DNA from: an uncultured Collinsella sp.
Lineage (GTDB): Bacteria; Actinomycetota; Coriobacteriia; Coriobacteriales; Coriobacteriaceae
Assembly: GCA_902490405.1 (NCBI GenBank)
Contig: CABUDS010000010.1
Span: 142-64,141 of the forward strand
Direction of reading: 5' to 3'
DNA: 64,000 nt
Part shown: in pieces, positions 44,926 through 53,585 of the stretch
Numbering within the stretch: the first letter of the stretch is position 1
How the letters are laid out: every line of letters begins with the position of its first letter
Notes under the pieces: model-generated
The model's input: only the letters and a program-made list of their open reading frames with translations
What the model was told of the DNA's origin: nothing
The model's database searches: none
Position numbers and translations under genes: made by a program

Positions 44926-44937
44926 GGACGGGTCACA

Positions 44938-45963
44938 CTACTCGCAGAGCAGCTTAGCGATCTGGACGGCGTTGGTTGCCGCGCCCTTACGGATTTGGTC
45001 GCCGCAGCACCAGAAGGTGATGCCGCGCGCAGCCTCGGGGTTCGAAATGTCGCGACGCACGCGGCCGACCCAAATCAGGTCCTGGTCGGACGTATCCATC
45101 GGCATGGGGAAGCGATCGTGCGCGTCCTCGGCGCTCATGTCGTCGACCAGCTTCACGCCCGGAGCGGCAGACAGCGCAGCACGAGCCTCCTCGACCGTAA
45201 TGTCGCGCTCAAACTCGAGCGTAATGTTCTCGGAGTGCGAACGCAGCACGGGCACGCGCACGCAGGTGCAGTTCACGCGCAGCTCGGGCAGATGCATGAT
45301 CTTGCGGCCCTCGTTTTGCAGCTTCATCTCCTCGGAGGTAAAGCCTTCCTCCTTGACACCGCCGATCTGCGGAATCAGGTTGCTCGCCAGCTGGGCGGCA
45401 AACGCGTGCGGCTCGGGAATCTCCTCGCCACGGCCCAGGGCGGCAAGCTGAGCCTCGAGCTCGGCCATACCGGGAGCGCCAGCGCCCGAAGCTGCCTGAT
45501 ACGTGGACACGATCATACGCTTCACGCCAGCAAGCTGGTGCAGCGGCCACGTGGGAACCAGGCCGATGATGGTCGCGCAGTTGGGATTGGCGATAAGGCC
45601 GTGATGCCACTTGATGTCGTCGGCATTGATCTCGGGCACGACCAGCGGCACCTCGGGATCCATGCGGAAGGCGTGGCTGTTGTCGACCACGACGGCGCCG
45701 CGCTTGACGGCCTCGGGCAGTAGCTCCTTCGCAATATCGTCGCCGGCGGCGCCGAGCACGATGTCGCAGCCCTCAAAGGCCTCGGGGCAAGCCTCCTCAA
45801 TCACAACCTGCTCGCCGCGGAACTCGACGGTCTTGCCCGCAGAGTGCGCGCTCGCTAGCAGCTTGAGCTTGCCGACCGGAAACTCCTGCTCGTTGAGGCA
45901 CTCGAGCATCTGGGTGCCCACGGCTCCCGTCGCGCCCAAAATAGCAACCGTGTACTGTTTCAT
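44938..45963 (-). CDS. asd: aspartate-semialdehyde dehydrogenase
   Basis: MKQYTVAILGATGAVGTQM... Start moved to the ATG at 45963 after AAGGGGGAAG. Confidence 0.95.
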   Translation of the reverse strand: MKQYTVAILGATGAVGTQMLECLNEQEFPVGKLKLLASAHSAGKTVEFRGEQVVIEEACPEAFEGCDIVLGAAGDDIAKELLPEAVKRGAVVVDNSHAFRMDPEVPLVVPEINADDIKWHHGLIANPNCATIIGLVPTWPLHQLAGVKRMIVSTYQAASGAGAPGMAELEAQLAALGRGEEIPEPHAFAAQLASNLIPQIGGVKEEGFTSEEMKLQNEGRKIMHLPELRVNCTCVRVPVLRSHSENITLEFERDITVEEARAALSAAPGVKLVDDMSAEDAHDRFPMPMDTSDQDLIWVGRVRRDISNPEAARGITFWCCGDQIRKGAATNAVQIAKLLCE

Positions 45964-46040
45964 GCTTCCCCCTTTAAAGGCTGTGGCTTTTGCCCGCACG
46001 CCGAGCAGGCCGATTATTGTTGCCAGTGTATACAAGAACA

Positions 46041-46087
46041 GGGCGGGCACGAAACCCGCCCCGTCGAAACGAAACCGAAACGAAACG
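46041..46087 (-). repeat. GC hairpin (GGGCGGG-n7-CCCGCCC) plus a (CGAAA)n-like pentanucleotide run in the ask-asd spacer
   Basis: 46041-46061 hairpin, possibly a weak terminator or attenuator on the minus strand. 46065-46087 reads cgaaacgaaaccgaaacgaaacg. Confidence 0.5.
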
Positions 46088-46136
46088 CCCCGCCGTAGTT
46101 TTTGAGGCAAGTCCCAAAAATCTACTGGGATAGCAG

Positions 46137-47525
46137 CTACTTGTGGAGCGCGGCCGGGGCGGGATCGACCGGCACGGGAGCCTCCAGGTCGGAGACCTTC
46201 ACAATGCCGTTTTCATCGGAGAAGGCACGGTAAATGGTCTGGATCGCCAGATCGAAGTCCTTCTCCTCCACGCCGATGATGATGTTGATCTCGTCGCAGC
46301 TCTGCGAAATCATACGCACGCTCACGCCCGCCTGGCCAAGCATGCCAAACAGGTGGCCAGAGATGCCGGCGCGACCGCGCAGGTTGCGGCCAACGGTAGC
46401 GATAAGCGCCAGGCCCTCGACAACCTCGATCTCGAGCGGCTCGACCTCCTGCTGAATGTCGCCCACGAGCGAGTACAGCGAATCGTGCACGTCCTGCTCC
46501 TGCACCACGGCGCCAAAGCGGTCGACACCGGTGGGCATGTGCTCGACGGAGACGTCATAGCGCTCGAAGACCGAAAGCGCGCGGCGCATAAAGCCGACAC
46601 GGGGCTTGGTGCGGTCGCGGGCAACGTTGATGGCGACAAAGCCGCGCTTGCCGGTCACGCCGGTAATGATGGGCTCCGCCTCGCCCTCGTCGGCCGTCTC
46701 GCTAATGATGGTGCCGGGGTCCTGCGGCGCGTTGGTGTTCTTGATGACTAGCGGAATACCGGCCTCGCGCACGGGGAACACGGCCTCCTCGTGCAGGACG
46801 CTTGCACCCATGTACGAAAGCTCGCGCAGCTCCTCGTAGGTAACGCGCGCAATGGGCTGAGCCTCGGGTACGATGCGCGGGTCGGCAGAGTAGAAGCCCG
46901 AGACGTCGGTCCAGTTCTCGTAAAGGTCGGCGCCCAGGCACTTAGCCAGAATCGAGCCGGAAATATCGCCGCCACCACGGTCGAGCAGCTTGATCTGGCC
47001 CTCACGCGTCGCGCCGTAGAAACCGGGCATGACAAAGCCACCCTGCTGACCGTACTCCTGCACCAGCTCGGAGGTGCGGTTCATGCTGAGCGTACCGTCG
47101 TGATGGAACGCAACGACCGTCGCGGCGTCCAGGAACGGCAGGCCCAGGTACTCGGCCATCAGGCGAGCGGTGAAGTACTCGCCACGGCTCACGAGCTCCT
47201 CGGTGGAGTAGCCACCCGAGCGGGCACGCTCGGCAAAGGCCGCGAACTCCTCGCGGATGGGATAGGTGAGCTCCAGCTCGTCAGCGATATCAAAATAGCG
47301 CTGCCCAATGTCCTCGAGCAGCTCCTCGCACGACACGTGGTACTTAACGTGCGCGTTAACCAGGTAGAGCAGGTCGGTCACCTTGGTGTCGCCCTTAAAG
47401 CGGCGACCGCAGGCAGAAACCACCACAAAACGGCGGGCCGGGTCGGCATCGACGATGGCCTTGATCTTCTTAAAGTGTTCGGCGTCGGCGACCGACGAGC
47501 CGCCAAACTTGGCAATCTTAATCAT
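46137..47525 (-). CDS. aspartate kinase
   Basis: MIKIAKFGGSSVAD... amino-acid kinase fold with C-terminal ACT repeats; 462 aa. Confidence 0.95.
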   Translation of the reverse strand: MIKIAKFGGSSVADAEHFKKIKAIVDADPARRFVVVSACGRRFKGDTKVTDLLYLVNAHVKYHVSCEELLEDIGQRYFDIADELELTYPIREEFAAFAERARSGGYSTEELVSRGEYFTARLMAEYLGLPFLDAATVVAFHHDGTLSMNRTSELVQEYGQQGGFVMPGFYGATREGQIKLLDRGGGDISGSILAKCLGADLYENWTDVSGFYSADPRIVPEAQPIARVTYEELRELSYMGASVLHEEAVFPVREAGIPLVIKNTNAPQDPGTIISETADEGEAEPIITGVTGKRGFVAINVARDRTKPRVGFMRRALSVFERYDVSVEHMPTGVDRFGAVVQEQDVHDSLYSLVGDIQQEVEPLEIEVVEGLALIATVGRNLRGRAGISGHLFGMLGQAGVSVRMISQSCDEINIIIGVEEKDFDLAIQTIYRAFSDENGIVKVSDLEAPVPVDPAPAALHK

Positions 47526-47629
47526 GGGCTGGAGGTTACCTTTCTAAAAAGCCTCTGCGAACCTATTTTGCGCGCTCTGATACCATGGGTTCACCGATTG
47601 GGACCAAGGTATCCGAGGAGCAGTGTTAT

Positions 47630-49147
47630 ATGGGAACTTATCATAGTACACGAGGACGCACTTTATCATGCTCAAGTAAGGTGGCAATCCGCACCGGCAT
47701 AGCTCCCGACGGGGGTTTGTTTGTCTCGGACGAGCTTGGCACCCAGCAGGTCGATATCAGCTCGCTTGCAGATAAATCGTACTTTGAAATCGCTCAAAAT
47801 GTGTTGGGAATGTTACTGAATGATTACACGGACGAAGAAATTTCGGCCTGTGTGAATGAGGCTTACCGCGGCACGTTCGCGAGCGAAGAGGTCACGCCGC
47901 TCGTCAAACTCGACGCCGCACCGGGCGCCGACGCCCCTCAGACCTATGTGATGGAACTCTTTGGCGGCCCCACGAGCGCCTTTAAGGACGTCGCCCTGCA
48001 GATGCTCCCCCGCCTTATGGCCCGCACCTCTGCCAAGGACGGCGGCGCCGAGCGCATCATGATCGTCACCGCCACGTCGGGAGACACCGGCAAGGCCGCG
48101 CTCGCCGGTTTTGCCGACGCTCCGGGCACGGGCATCACCGTCTTTTATCCCGAGGGCAAGGTCAGCCGCGTCCAGAATCTGCAGATGTCCACGCAGGAGG
48201 GCGACAACGTCGCCGTCTGCGGCATCCGCGGCAACTTTGACGACGCTCAGAGCGCCGTCAAGCGCATCTTTGCCGATAAGGAGCTTGCCGAGCGTCTAGA
48301 GGCAGCCGGCACGGTGCTTTCGAGCGCCAACTCCATCAACGTCGGCCGTCTGGTGCCGCAGGTCGTCTACTACTTTGCCGCCTATGCGCAGCTGCTGCGC
48401 GCCGGCGCTATCGAGGCCGGCGACGCCGTAGAGTTCTGTGTGCCCACCGGCAACTTTGGCGATATCTTGGCCGGCTACTACGCCAAGCGCATGGGTCTGC
48501 CCGTCGCCAAGCTCGTCGTGGCGAGCGACAAGAACAACGTGCTTGCCGACTTCCTGACCACCGGCGTTTACGACCGTAACCGCCCGTTCTTCACGACCAT
48601 TTCACCGTCGATGGACATCCTTATTAGCTCCAACCTGGAGCGCATGCTCTACTTCCTGTCCGACGGCGACTGCGAGCTCGTTGCCGGCCTTATGGGGCAG
48701 CTGGCACAGACCGGCCGCTACGAGGTGCCCGCCGAGCTGCTGGCCAAGATTCAGGGCGTCTTTGGCTGCGGCTGGGCCAGCGAGGACGAGGTCCGCGCTG
48801 CCATCAAGAGCTGCTGGGGCGCGAACGGCTACGTGATCGACCCGCACACCGCTTGCGGCTATCACGTCTTTGAGCAGGTCGCCCCCGCCGAGGACGCCAA
48901 GGCCCGCGTGCTGCTTTCGACCGCTAGCCCCTACAAGTTCCCGCGCGCCTGCTGCGACGCCTTGGGGCTCGACGTTCCCGAGGACGACTTTGAAGCCATG
49001 CGCGTGCTCGAGCAGGCCACCAACACGGTCGCCCCGACCCAGCTCGCCGAACTCGAATCCAAACCCGTCCGCTTCGAAGACGTCTGCGACGTCGATGAGA
49101 TGGCCAGCTACGTCGAGTCCGCAGCAAAACGAATGAGCACCAACTAG
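47630..49147 (+). CDS. thrC: threonine synthase (long form)
   Basis: MGTYHSTRG... and PLP-lysine context GPTSAFKDVALQ. ATG 9 nt after GAGGAG. Confidence 0.95.
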   Translation: MGTYHSTRGRTLSCSSKVAIRTGIAPDGGLFVSDELGTQQVDISSLADKSYFEIAQNVLGMLLNDYTDEEISACVNEAYRGTFASEEVTPLVKLDAAPGADAPQTYVMELFGGPTSAFKDVALQMLPRLMARTSAKDGGAERIMIVTATSGDTGKAALAGFADAPGTGITVFYPEGKVSRVQNLQMSTQEGDNVAVCGIRGNFDDAQSAVKRIFADKELAERLEAAGTVLSSANSINVGRLVPQVVYYFAAYAQLLRAGAIEAGDAVEFCVPTGNFGDILAGYYAKRMGLPVAKLVVASDKNNVLADFLTTGVYDRNRPFFTTISPSMDILISSNLERMLYFLSDGDCELVAGLMGQLAQTGRYEVPAELLAKIQGVFGCGWASEDEVRAAIKSCWGANGYVIDPHTACGYHVFEQVAPAEDAKARVLLSTASPYKFPRACCDALGLDVPEDDFEAMRVLEQATNTVAPTQLAELESKPVRFEDVCDVDEMASYVESAAKRMSTN

Positions 49148-49159
49148 ATCCCTTATTAA

Positions 49160-49194
49160 GCACCGGCGAAAGCCGGCGCACCTTCTTTTTATTT
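49160..49194 (+). terminator. rho-independent terminator after thrC
   Basis: GCACCGGC-gaaa-GCCGGCGC (one mismatch) followed by ACCTTCTTTTTATTT. Confidence 0.65.
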
Positions 49195-49222
49195 AGCTTT
49201 CGGGATGATGACGAACATGCGA

Positions 49223-49334
49223 GCGGGTCTGGCCGTTTAGTTCGTCGCGAGTTCCGCACGAGCCGGAAAGCACTTAATGTGCTTTCCGAGCGAGCCAGGA
49301 CTGCCCGAGCAGCGAACTAAACGGCCGGACCCGC
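49223..49334. repeat. nested palindromic element E (diverged relative of the A-D family)
   Basis: 22-bp arms 49223-49244 / 49313-49334 (one G-T). Inner 10-bp stem cggaaagcac / gtgctttccg with loop ttaat. Ends 15 nt before the thrB ATG. Confidence 0.8.
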
Positions 49335-49348
49335 CCAGGAGGACCCAC

Positions 49349-50230
49349 ATGATCAAAATCACCGTCCCAGCAACCAGCGCCAACCTAGGCATCGGCTACG
49401 ACACCCTCGGCATGGCCGTCAGCCTCTACTCGCACTTCACCTTCGAGCGCGCCGACAAACTCACCATCACGGGCTGCCCCGAGGAGTTCCAAGACGAGAA
49501 TAACCTGGTCTATGTGAGCTTTGTGGATGCGCTGGCCGCATGGGGCGAGCCGGCTTTCCCCGTTGCCATCGACATTCAGACTGACGTTCCCGTCGCTCGT
49601 GGCCTGGGTTCCAGCTCCACCTGCGTCGTCGCTGGTATCATGGCAGCCGCCGCGTTGACGGGCCACACCGTCGACCGCGCCGAACTCGTCCGCATTGCCA
49701 CCGAGGTCGAGGGCCATCCCGATAACGTCGCCCCTGCTATCCTGGGCGGCGCCGTCTGCTCCTTTACGCCGACCGATTCGCTCCCCCAGTGCCTGCGCTA
49801 CGAGGTGAGCGACAAGCTTCGTTTTATTACTGTGATTCCGCCCTACGAGGTGCATACGAGCGAGGCGCGCAAGGTTGTGCCGCAGGAGATTCCGCTCTCC
49901 ACCGCCGTATGGCAAATGGGCCGCATCGCCGGCATGACGCGCGGCCTGGAGACCGGCGACCTTGACCTGATTGCCGCCGCCAACGACGACCGCATCCAGG
50001 AGCCCTATCGCCGCCGCCTCATCCCCGACTACAACGCCGTGCGCGACACCTGCCTTAACGGCGGCGCCAAGACCATCTGGATCAGTGGCTCCGGCTCGAC
50101 CCTCATGGCTGTAACCGACGACACCATCGTGGCGAAGTTCCTGCAAGTCAAGCTGCGCGAGCAGTTCCCTAAGTGTGAGACGCATATTTTAACGTGCGAC
50201 ACGGAAGGCGCCCAGATCGAATACCTGTAG
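49349..50230 (+). CDS. thrB: homoserine kinase
   Basis: PATSANLGIGYDTLG and GLGSSST (GHMP kinase motifs). ATG after AGGAGG. Confidence 0.95.
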   Translation: MIKITVPATSANLGIGYDTLGMAVSLYSHFTFERADKLTITGCPEEFQDENNLVYVSFVDALAAWGEPAFPVAIDIQTDVPVARGLGSSSTCVVAGIMAAAALTGHTVDRAELVRIATEVEGHPDNVAPAILGGAVCSFTPTDSLPQCLRYEVSDKLRFITVIPPYEVHTSEARKVVPQEIPLSTAVWQMGRIAGMTRGLETGDLDLIAAANDDRIQEPYRRRLIPDYNAVRDTCLNGGAKTIWISGSGSTLMAVTDDTIVAKFLQVKLREQFPKCETHILTCDTEGAQIEYL

Positions 50231-50256
50231 CGCCCTGCCTCATTGCTCTCACCGGT

Positions 50257-50367
50257 CCCCTTGGGGCTTCCCCTGAAAACGTCCTCGATCATGAATTGCC
50301 CCGTCGTACGCTTCGCGCGACGGGGCAATTCGATCTGCGGATTGTTTTCAGGGGAAGCCCCAAGGGG
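50257..50367 (+). repeat. nested double-hairpin 3' element, copy D (after thrB)
   Basis: Outer arms 50257-50280 / 50344-50367 (24 bp perfect). Inner stem 50293-50306 / 50318-50331 (14 bp). Loop TACGCTTCGCG. Junctions GTCCTCGATCAT and TCTGCGGA. Confidence 0.9.
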
Positions 50368-50432
50368 GCCTGCGCAGCCTCGACAGGATATCGCATTCGC
50401 TGATTTAACTATCGCCCGATTCGCGGCGCAAT

Positions 50433-50675
50433 CTATTTATCTCCACCGCTCAAATCCGCCCCAAGTCTTTGCACGAGGACTCCGACGGCAATTCCAAGTG
50501 CCTCTGCATAGGCGAACTGCTCATAAACCCTAAGACTGCGTTCCCCGGTTTCGACTTTCGAGATGAACGACTGAGGTACCCTCAGTTTCTTTGCGAGTTC
50601 AACCTGAGTGATACCTTGCTCCCGACGAATCTGGGAAAGGCATTTTCCGCATGTCCTATTAGCATCAACGTTCAT
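50433..50675 (-). CDS. XRE-family (Cro/CI-type) HTH transcriptional regulator
   Basis: LSQIRREQGITQVELAKKLRVPQSFISKVETGERS. The ORF opens at a TTG (50711); I prefer the ATG at 50675. Low-GC region. Confidence 0.7.
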   Translation of the reverse strand: MNVDANRTCGKCLSQIRREQGITQVELAKKLRVPQSFISKVETGERSLRVYEQFAYAEALGIAVGVLVQRLGADLSGGDK

Positions 50676-50701
50676 GCCGTTTACGCTATATTCCGTTTTG
50701 T

Positions 50702-50722
50702 TATATCCCAAACTGGGATATA
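50702..50722. promoter_or_regulatory. 9-bp-arm palindrome TATATCCCA-n3-TGGGATATA in the divergent promoter region
   Basis: Read directly from the sequence, between the XRE gene and the 50798 gene. Confidence 0.4.
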
Positions 50723-50797
50723 TTTATGTTACTTGCCGCTTAACTTACAGCGATTGTTCACATCGGAAATCTAAACGAGAGAGGGGACTCAACGAAC

Positions 50798-51811
50798 ATG
50801 GATAATGAGACGAAAGAGCCCAACGATGAGCAAATGCACGGCGCATCATACGAACAGACGCCAGATATCGAAGGGAAACAGCTTTCTGATGGTGCTGACG
50901 ATGCCCCCTCCCCTGAAGATCGATCATCAAATGAAGATGACATCGCATGCAAAAAAGAAGGGGGCGACTCACTTCTAACGAGAGCCATTCATAAATTAGG
51001 CAGTAAAAAACGGGCGGCTATTGCAGCTACTGCAATAGTTACTGTCGTCTTCTGTTTGCCCACGTTATTCCCCCAATTGTTTTGCACCCACAAGCTTTGG
51101 ACCAATGCGAGTTGTACAAGCCCTCGCACCTGTAAAAGTTGCGGCAAAACCGAGGGGGAACCGCTCGGACATGAATGGGAAGAAGCAACGTGCACGGTTC
51201 CGAAGACCTGTCAACGCTGTGGTAAAACCGATGGAAAACCCCTTGGGCATCAACCGGGCTCGTGGACTACCGAAGTTGACTACGTAGACGCCACCTCAAA
51301 GGAAATACGAGAATGCGGGAGATGCGGAGAGGTCGTTGACACCCGTAACGAAAAAGAAATCACGTCTTTTCTTGGCGACGGAATGTTTTCTATTTCCCCT
51401 AAAGACTTTATTGAGCGACTTAACGAAGAATTCTCCGATCTGCCTAATTGCAGCAGCATGAAAGCGGATTATGAACTAGACGACACCGGCACACGACTCG
51501 AGCTCCAGATTAAAAACGGCTCAAAGCTTGCAGGCGTGGGAGGTTTCTTTTCGGACTCGAGCAGCCAACTACTATTCAGCTATCTTGGATCCGAAAACTG
51601 CTTCAAAAACATAGTCATGTACTTCGAAAATTCAGATTATGCCGCGGCGACAGCATTAGCAACCATACAAGCGATTGATCCAACGCTTTCGTTTTCAGAT
51701 GCCAAGCAAGTTGGCGCTGCTTGCGTAGATGAACCGATTGTCAAAAATGGAATTACATACGCAATCGTAGCTTCGAATGGAGAGTACTGGTTGAGCGCCC
51801 GAATTGAATAA
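50798..51811 (+). CDS. hypothetical membrane-anchored protein with tandem Cys-rich repeats
   Basis: 337 aa. Acidic N-terminus and one TM helix (AAIAATAIVTVVFCLPTLF). Two repeats of C-T-x-P-[RK]-T-C-x2-C-G-K-T-[ED]-G-x-P-L-G-H. GC about 42-48%. Confidence 0.6.
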   Translation: MDNETKEPNDEQMHGASYEQTPDIEGKQLSDGADDAPSPEDRSSNEDDIACKKEGGDSLLTRAIHKLGSKKRAAIAATAIVTVVFCLPTLFPQLFCTHKLWTNASCTSPRTCKSCGKTEGEPLGHEWEEATCTVPKTCQRCGKTDGKPLGHQPGSWTTEVDYVDATSKEIRECGRCGEVVDTRNEKEITSFLGDGMFSISPKDFIERLNEEFSDLPNCSSMKADYELDDTGTRLELQIKNGSKLAGVGGFFSDSSSQLLFSYLGSENCFKNIVMYFENSDYAAATALATIQAIDPTLSFSDAKQVGAACVDEPIVKNGITYAIVASNGEYWLSARIE

Positions 51812-51889
51812 TTTACTTTAATTGCTAAATGCAGACGCCTCTTACTCGCGGCATATTAAAGTTCAACCCCTGCTAGCATCGTCAATCGA

Positions 51890-51930
51890 AATATGCCCCG
51901 CCGAGCACTTTAGCTTGGCGGGGTATTTCA
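51890..51930. terminator. stem-loop between convergent island genes
   Basis: CCCCGCC-n14-GGCGGGG followed by TATTTCAAT. Confidence 0.5.
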
Positions 51931-52043
51931 ATACGTAGGCGGATTTTGATACCTAGAAGGCCCACATGCCCCCACTAGGCAGCCGGCTTCGCTGCTCAAA
52001 TTGCTCGAGCTGCAACTTGAACAATCAGCGGCCAGCACCTCTT

Positions 52044-52742
52044 TTAGGCTGCGCTGGTTTCTTTGTATTCGAAAACCGGCTCTAGGAGGTCTTCTATGCT
52101 GCAGTGCAGGGCTTTCGCCATATCCCTTACAGTTGTTACCGAACCTTCGTTGATGTTTCTCTGGCGCTGTTCGTACATTTGGATTGAGCGGAGTGATACG
52201 CCCGATTCGTATGCCAGGTCTTGTTGGGTTTTCTTGAGCCGCTTTCTTGCTAGCGCCAGTTTGGTTTGACGAGGTGTTTTCTTCGCCATGTCGCAAATAA
52301 GACGCGTCACACGTTCCTCCGAGGCTTCATGCCAGGGATGATACAGGTTATGCAGCACATCAAACGGAGCGACATGCAGCAGGTCTTCAAAAGACTCTCC
52401 CAGGCGCCACTGTAGATACGCCAATATCCAGCCCGTCCAGTATTCCGGTGTTTTCTCAAATCGATAGGTACAATCCGGCATCGACCCTGCTTGGTAACCG
52501 GACCTTTCGGCGATAAGCGCGAACAGCTCAACGCCCGATTTTCCCGACACTACCCATGCGTTGCCGCGTTCGAACTCGCGGGCTACGCCGCTCAGACAAA
52601 AGAGTTCAGCAACTTCCGATCCTTCTGCCCCATAATCGTTAACGGCATAGTCAAAGCAGTCGCCGAGGTTGTTCATTGCATCCTCAAGGTAGTAGACGGG
52701 GTACGTCCTACTCGGCCCACAATCCGTTAACTCTTGGATCAT
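52044..52742 (-). CDS. hypothetical protein with a C-terminal XRE-type HTH domain
   Basis: 232 aa. C-terminal KKTQQDLAYESGVSLRSIQMYEQRQRNIN. I do not recognise the N-terminal ~150 aa. Low GC. Confidence 0.65.
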   Translation of the reverse strand: MIQELTDCGPSRTYPVYYLEDAMNNLGDCFDYAVNDYGAEGSEVAELFCLSGVAREFERGNAWVVSGKSGVELFALIAERSGYQAGSMPDCTYRFEKTPEYWTGWILAYLQWRLGESFEDLLHVAPFDVLHNLYHPWHEASEERVTRLICDMAKKTPRQTKLALARKRLKKTQQDLAYESGVSLRSIQMYEQRQRNINEGSVTTVRDMAKALHCSIEDLLEPVFEYKETSAA

Positions 52743-52879
52743 TTAAATCAACCCTCCCTGCCATCAAATCCCTAATGTCGACACCTTCGGAATCGAATCC
52801 ATTCACAGTGTCCAAGTACTTGCGCCGCGCGTTCTGCTCTCACTCGAAACGCCTGGGATAATACTCGGAACCAATTGAC

Positions 52880-52922
52880 ATCACCCCAGTGATAGTTTAC
52901 CAATAACTATCACTGGGGTGAT
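52880..52922. promoter_or_regulatory. 18-bp-arm perfect palindrome built from two ATCAC-n4-GTGAT operator-like sites
   Basis: atcaccccagtgatagtt (52880-52897) and aactatcactggggtgat (52905-52922). Preceded by TTGACA. The half-sites resemble lambda-type TATCAC operators. Confidence 0.5.
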
Positions 52923-52955
52923 ATAGATGAGAGCTTTTGAGGGGCTGCAGCCCGA

Positions 52956-53552
52956 TTAGAGGCAGGCCTCGGCGATGCGCTTTTTGAGTTCGTCGATGCC
53001 GGTGCCGGTTTGGGAGCTTGTGATGATTACGTTCTCGGCCGGGACGTTGAGCTGCTTTTTGATGGCTGCTGACTGGCGGGCCTGCTGGGTGCGGCTGAGC
53101 TTGTCGGCTTTGGTGAGGCAGACGATAAAGTTGAACTCGTTGCCTTGCAGGTAGTCGATCATGTCATGATCGAGCTTGCTGGGGTCGTGACGAATGTCAA
53201 CCAGTGATACAACCAGGTTAAAGCTGCGCTCGGAGTCAAAGAAGTCGCCGATAAGCTCGGCCCAGCGATCGCGCTCAGCTTTGGAGCGACGGGCGAAACC
53301 GTAACCCGGCAGGTCGACAAAATGCACGCCATCGGCCTCAAAGAAGTTGATGTTGCTCGTTTTGCCCGGCGTACTCGAAACCTTGACCAGGTTCTTGCGG
53401 CCAAAAAGCTTGTTCATAATCGACGACTTGCCCACGTTGGAGCGGCCGACAAAGCTCACCTCGGGGCAGGTGGACTCGGGAATCTGCGAAACCTTGCCAT
53501 AGCTGGCGACGAACTTGGCAAGCTGATAGTTAATGGAATCGGCCATGGACAC
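52956..53552 (-). CDS. engB: ribosome-biogenesis GTPase YsxC/EngB
   Basis: G1 GRSNVGKSS, G3 DLPGYG, G4 TKADK. Confidence 0.9.
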   Translation of the reverse strand: MSMADSINYQLAKFVASYGKVSQIPESTCPEVSFVGRSNVGKSSIMNKLFGRKNLVKVSSTPGKTSNINFFEADGVHFVDLPGYGFARRSKAERDRWAELIGDFFDSERSFNLVVSLVDIRHDPSKLDHDMIDYLQGNEFNFIVCLTKADKLSRTQQARQSAAIKKQLNVPAENVIITSSQTGTGIDELKKRIAEACL

Positions 53553-53585
53553 TCCTTGGTCGTAGGTTTTTACAAAACGGGCGCG

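Noticed and set aside
44350-45451. ORFs of 184-309 aa spanning the ogt-asd gap (Pro/Arg/Ala-rich).
   Set aside because: The composition is driven by GC-rich tandem repeats and palindromes. One of them runs antisense into asd, and none has a start context.
51928-52296. 122-aa minus-strand ORF overlapping the 3' part of the 52044..52742 gene region and the terminator.
   Set aside because: It is in a different frame from the HTH-containing ORF, which has a clear domain. Its translation is low-complexity and Arg/Pro-rich.
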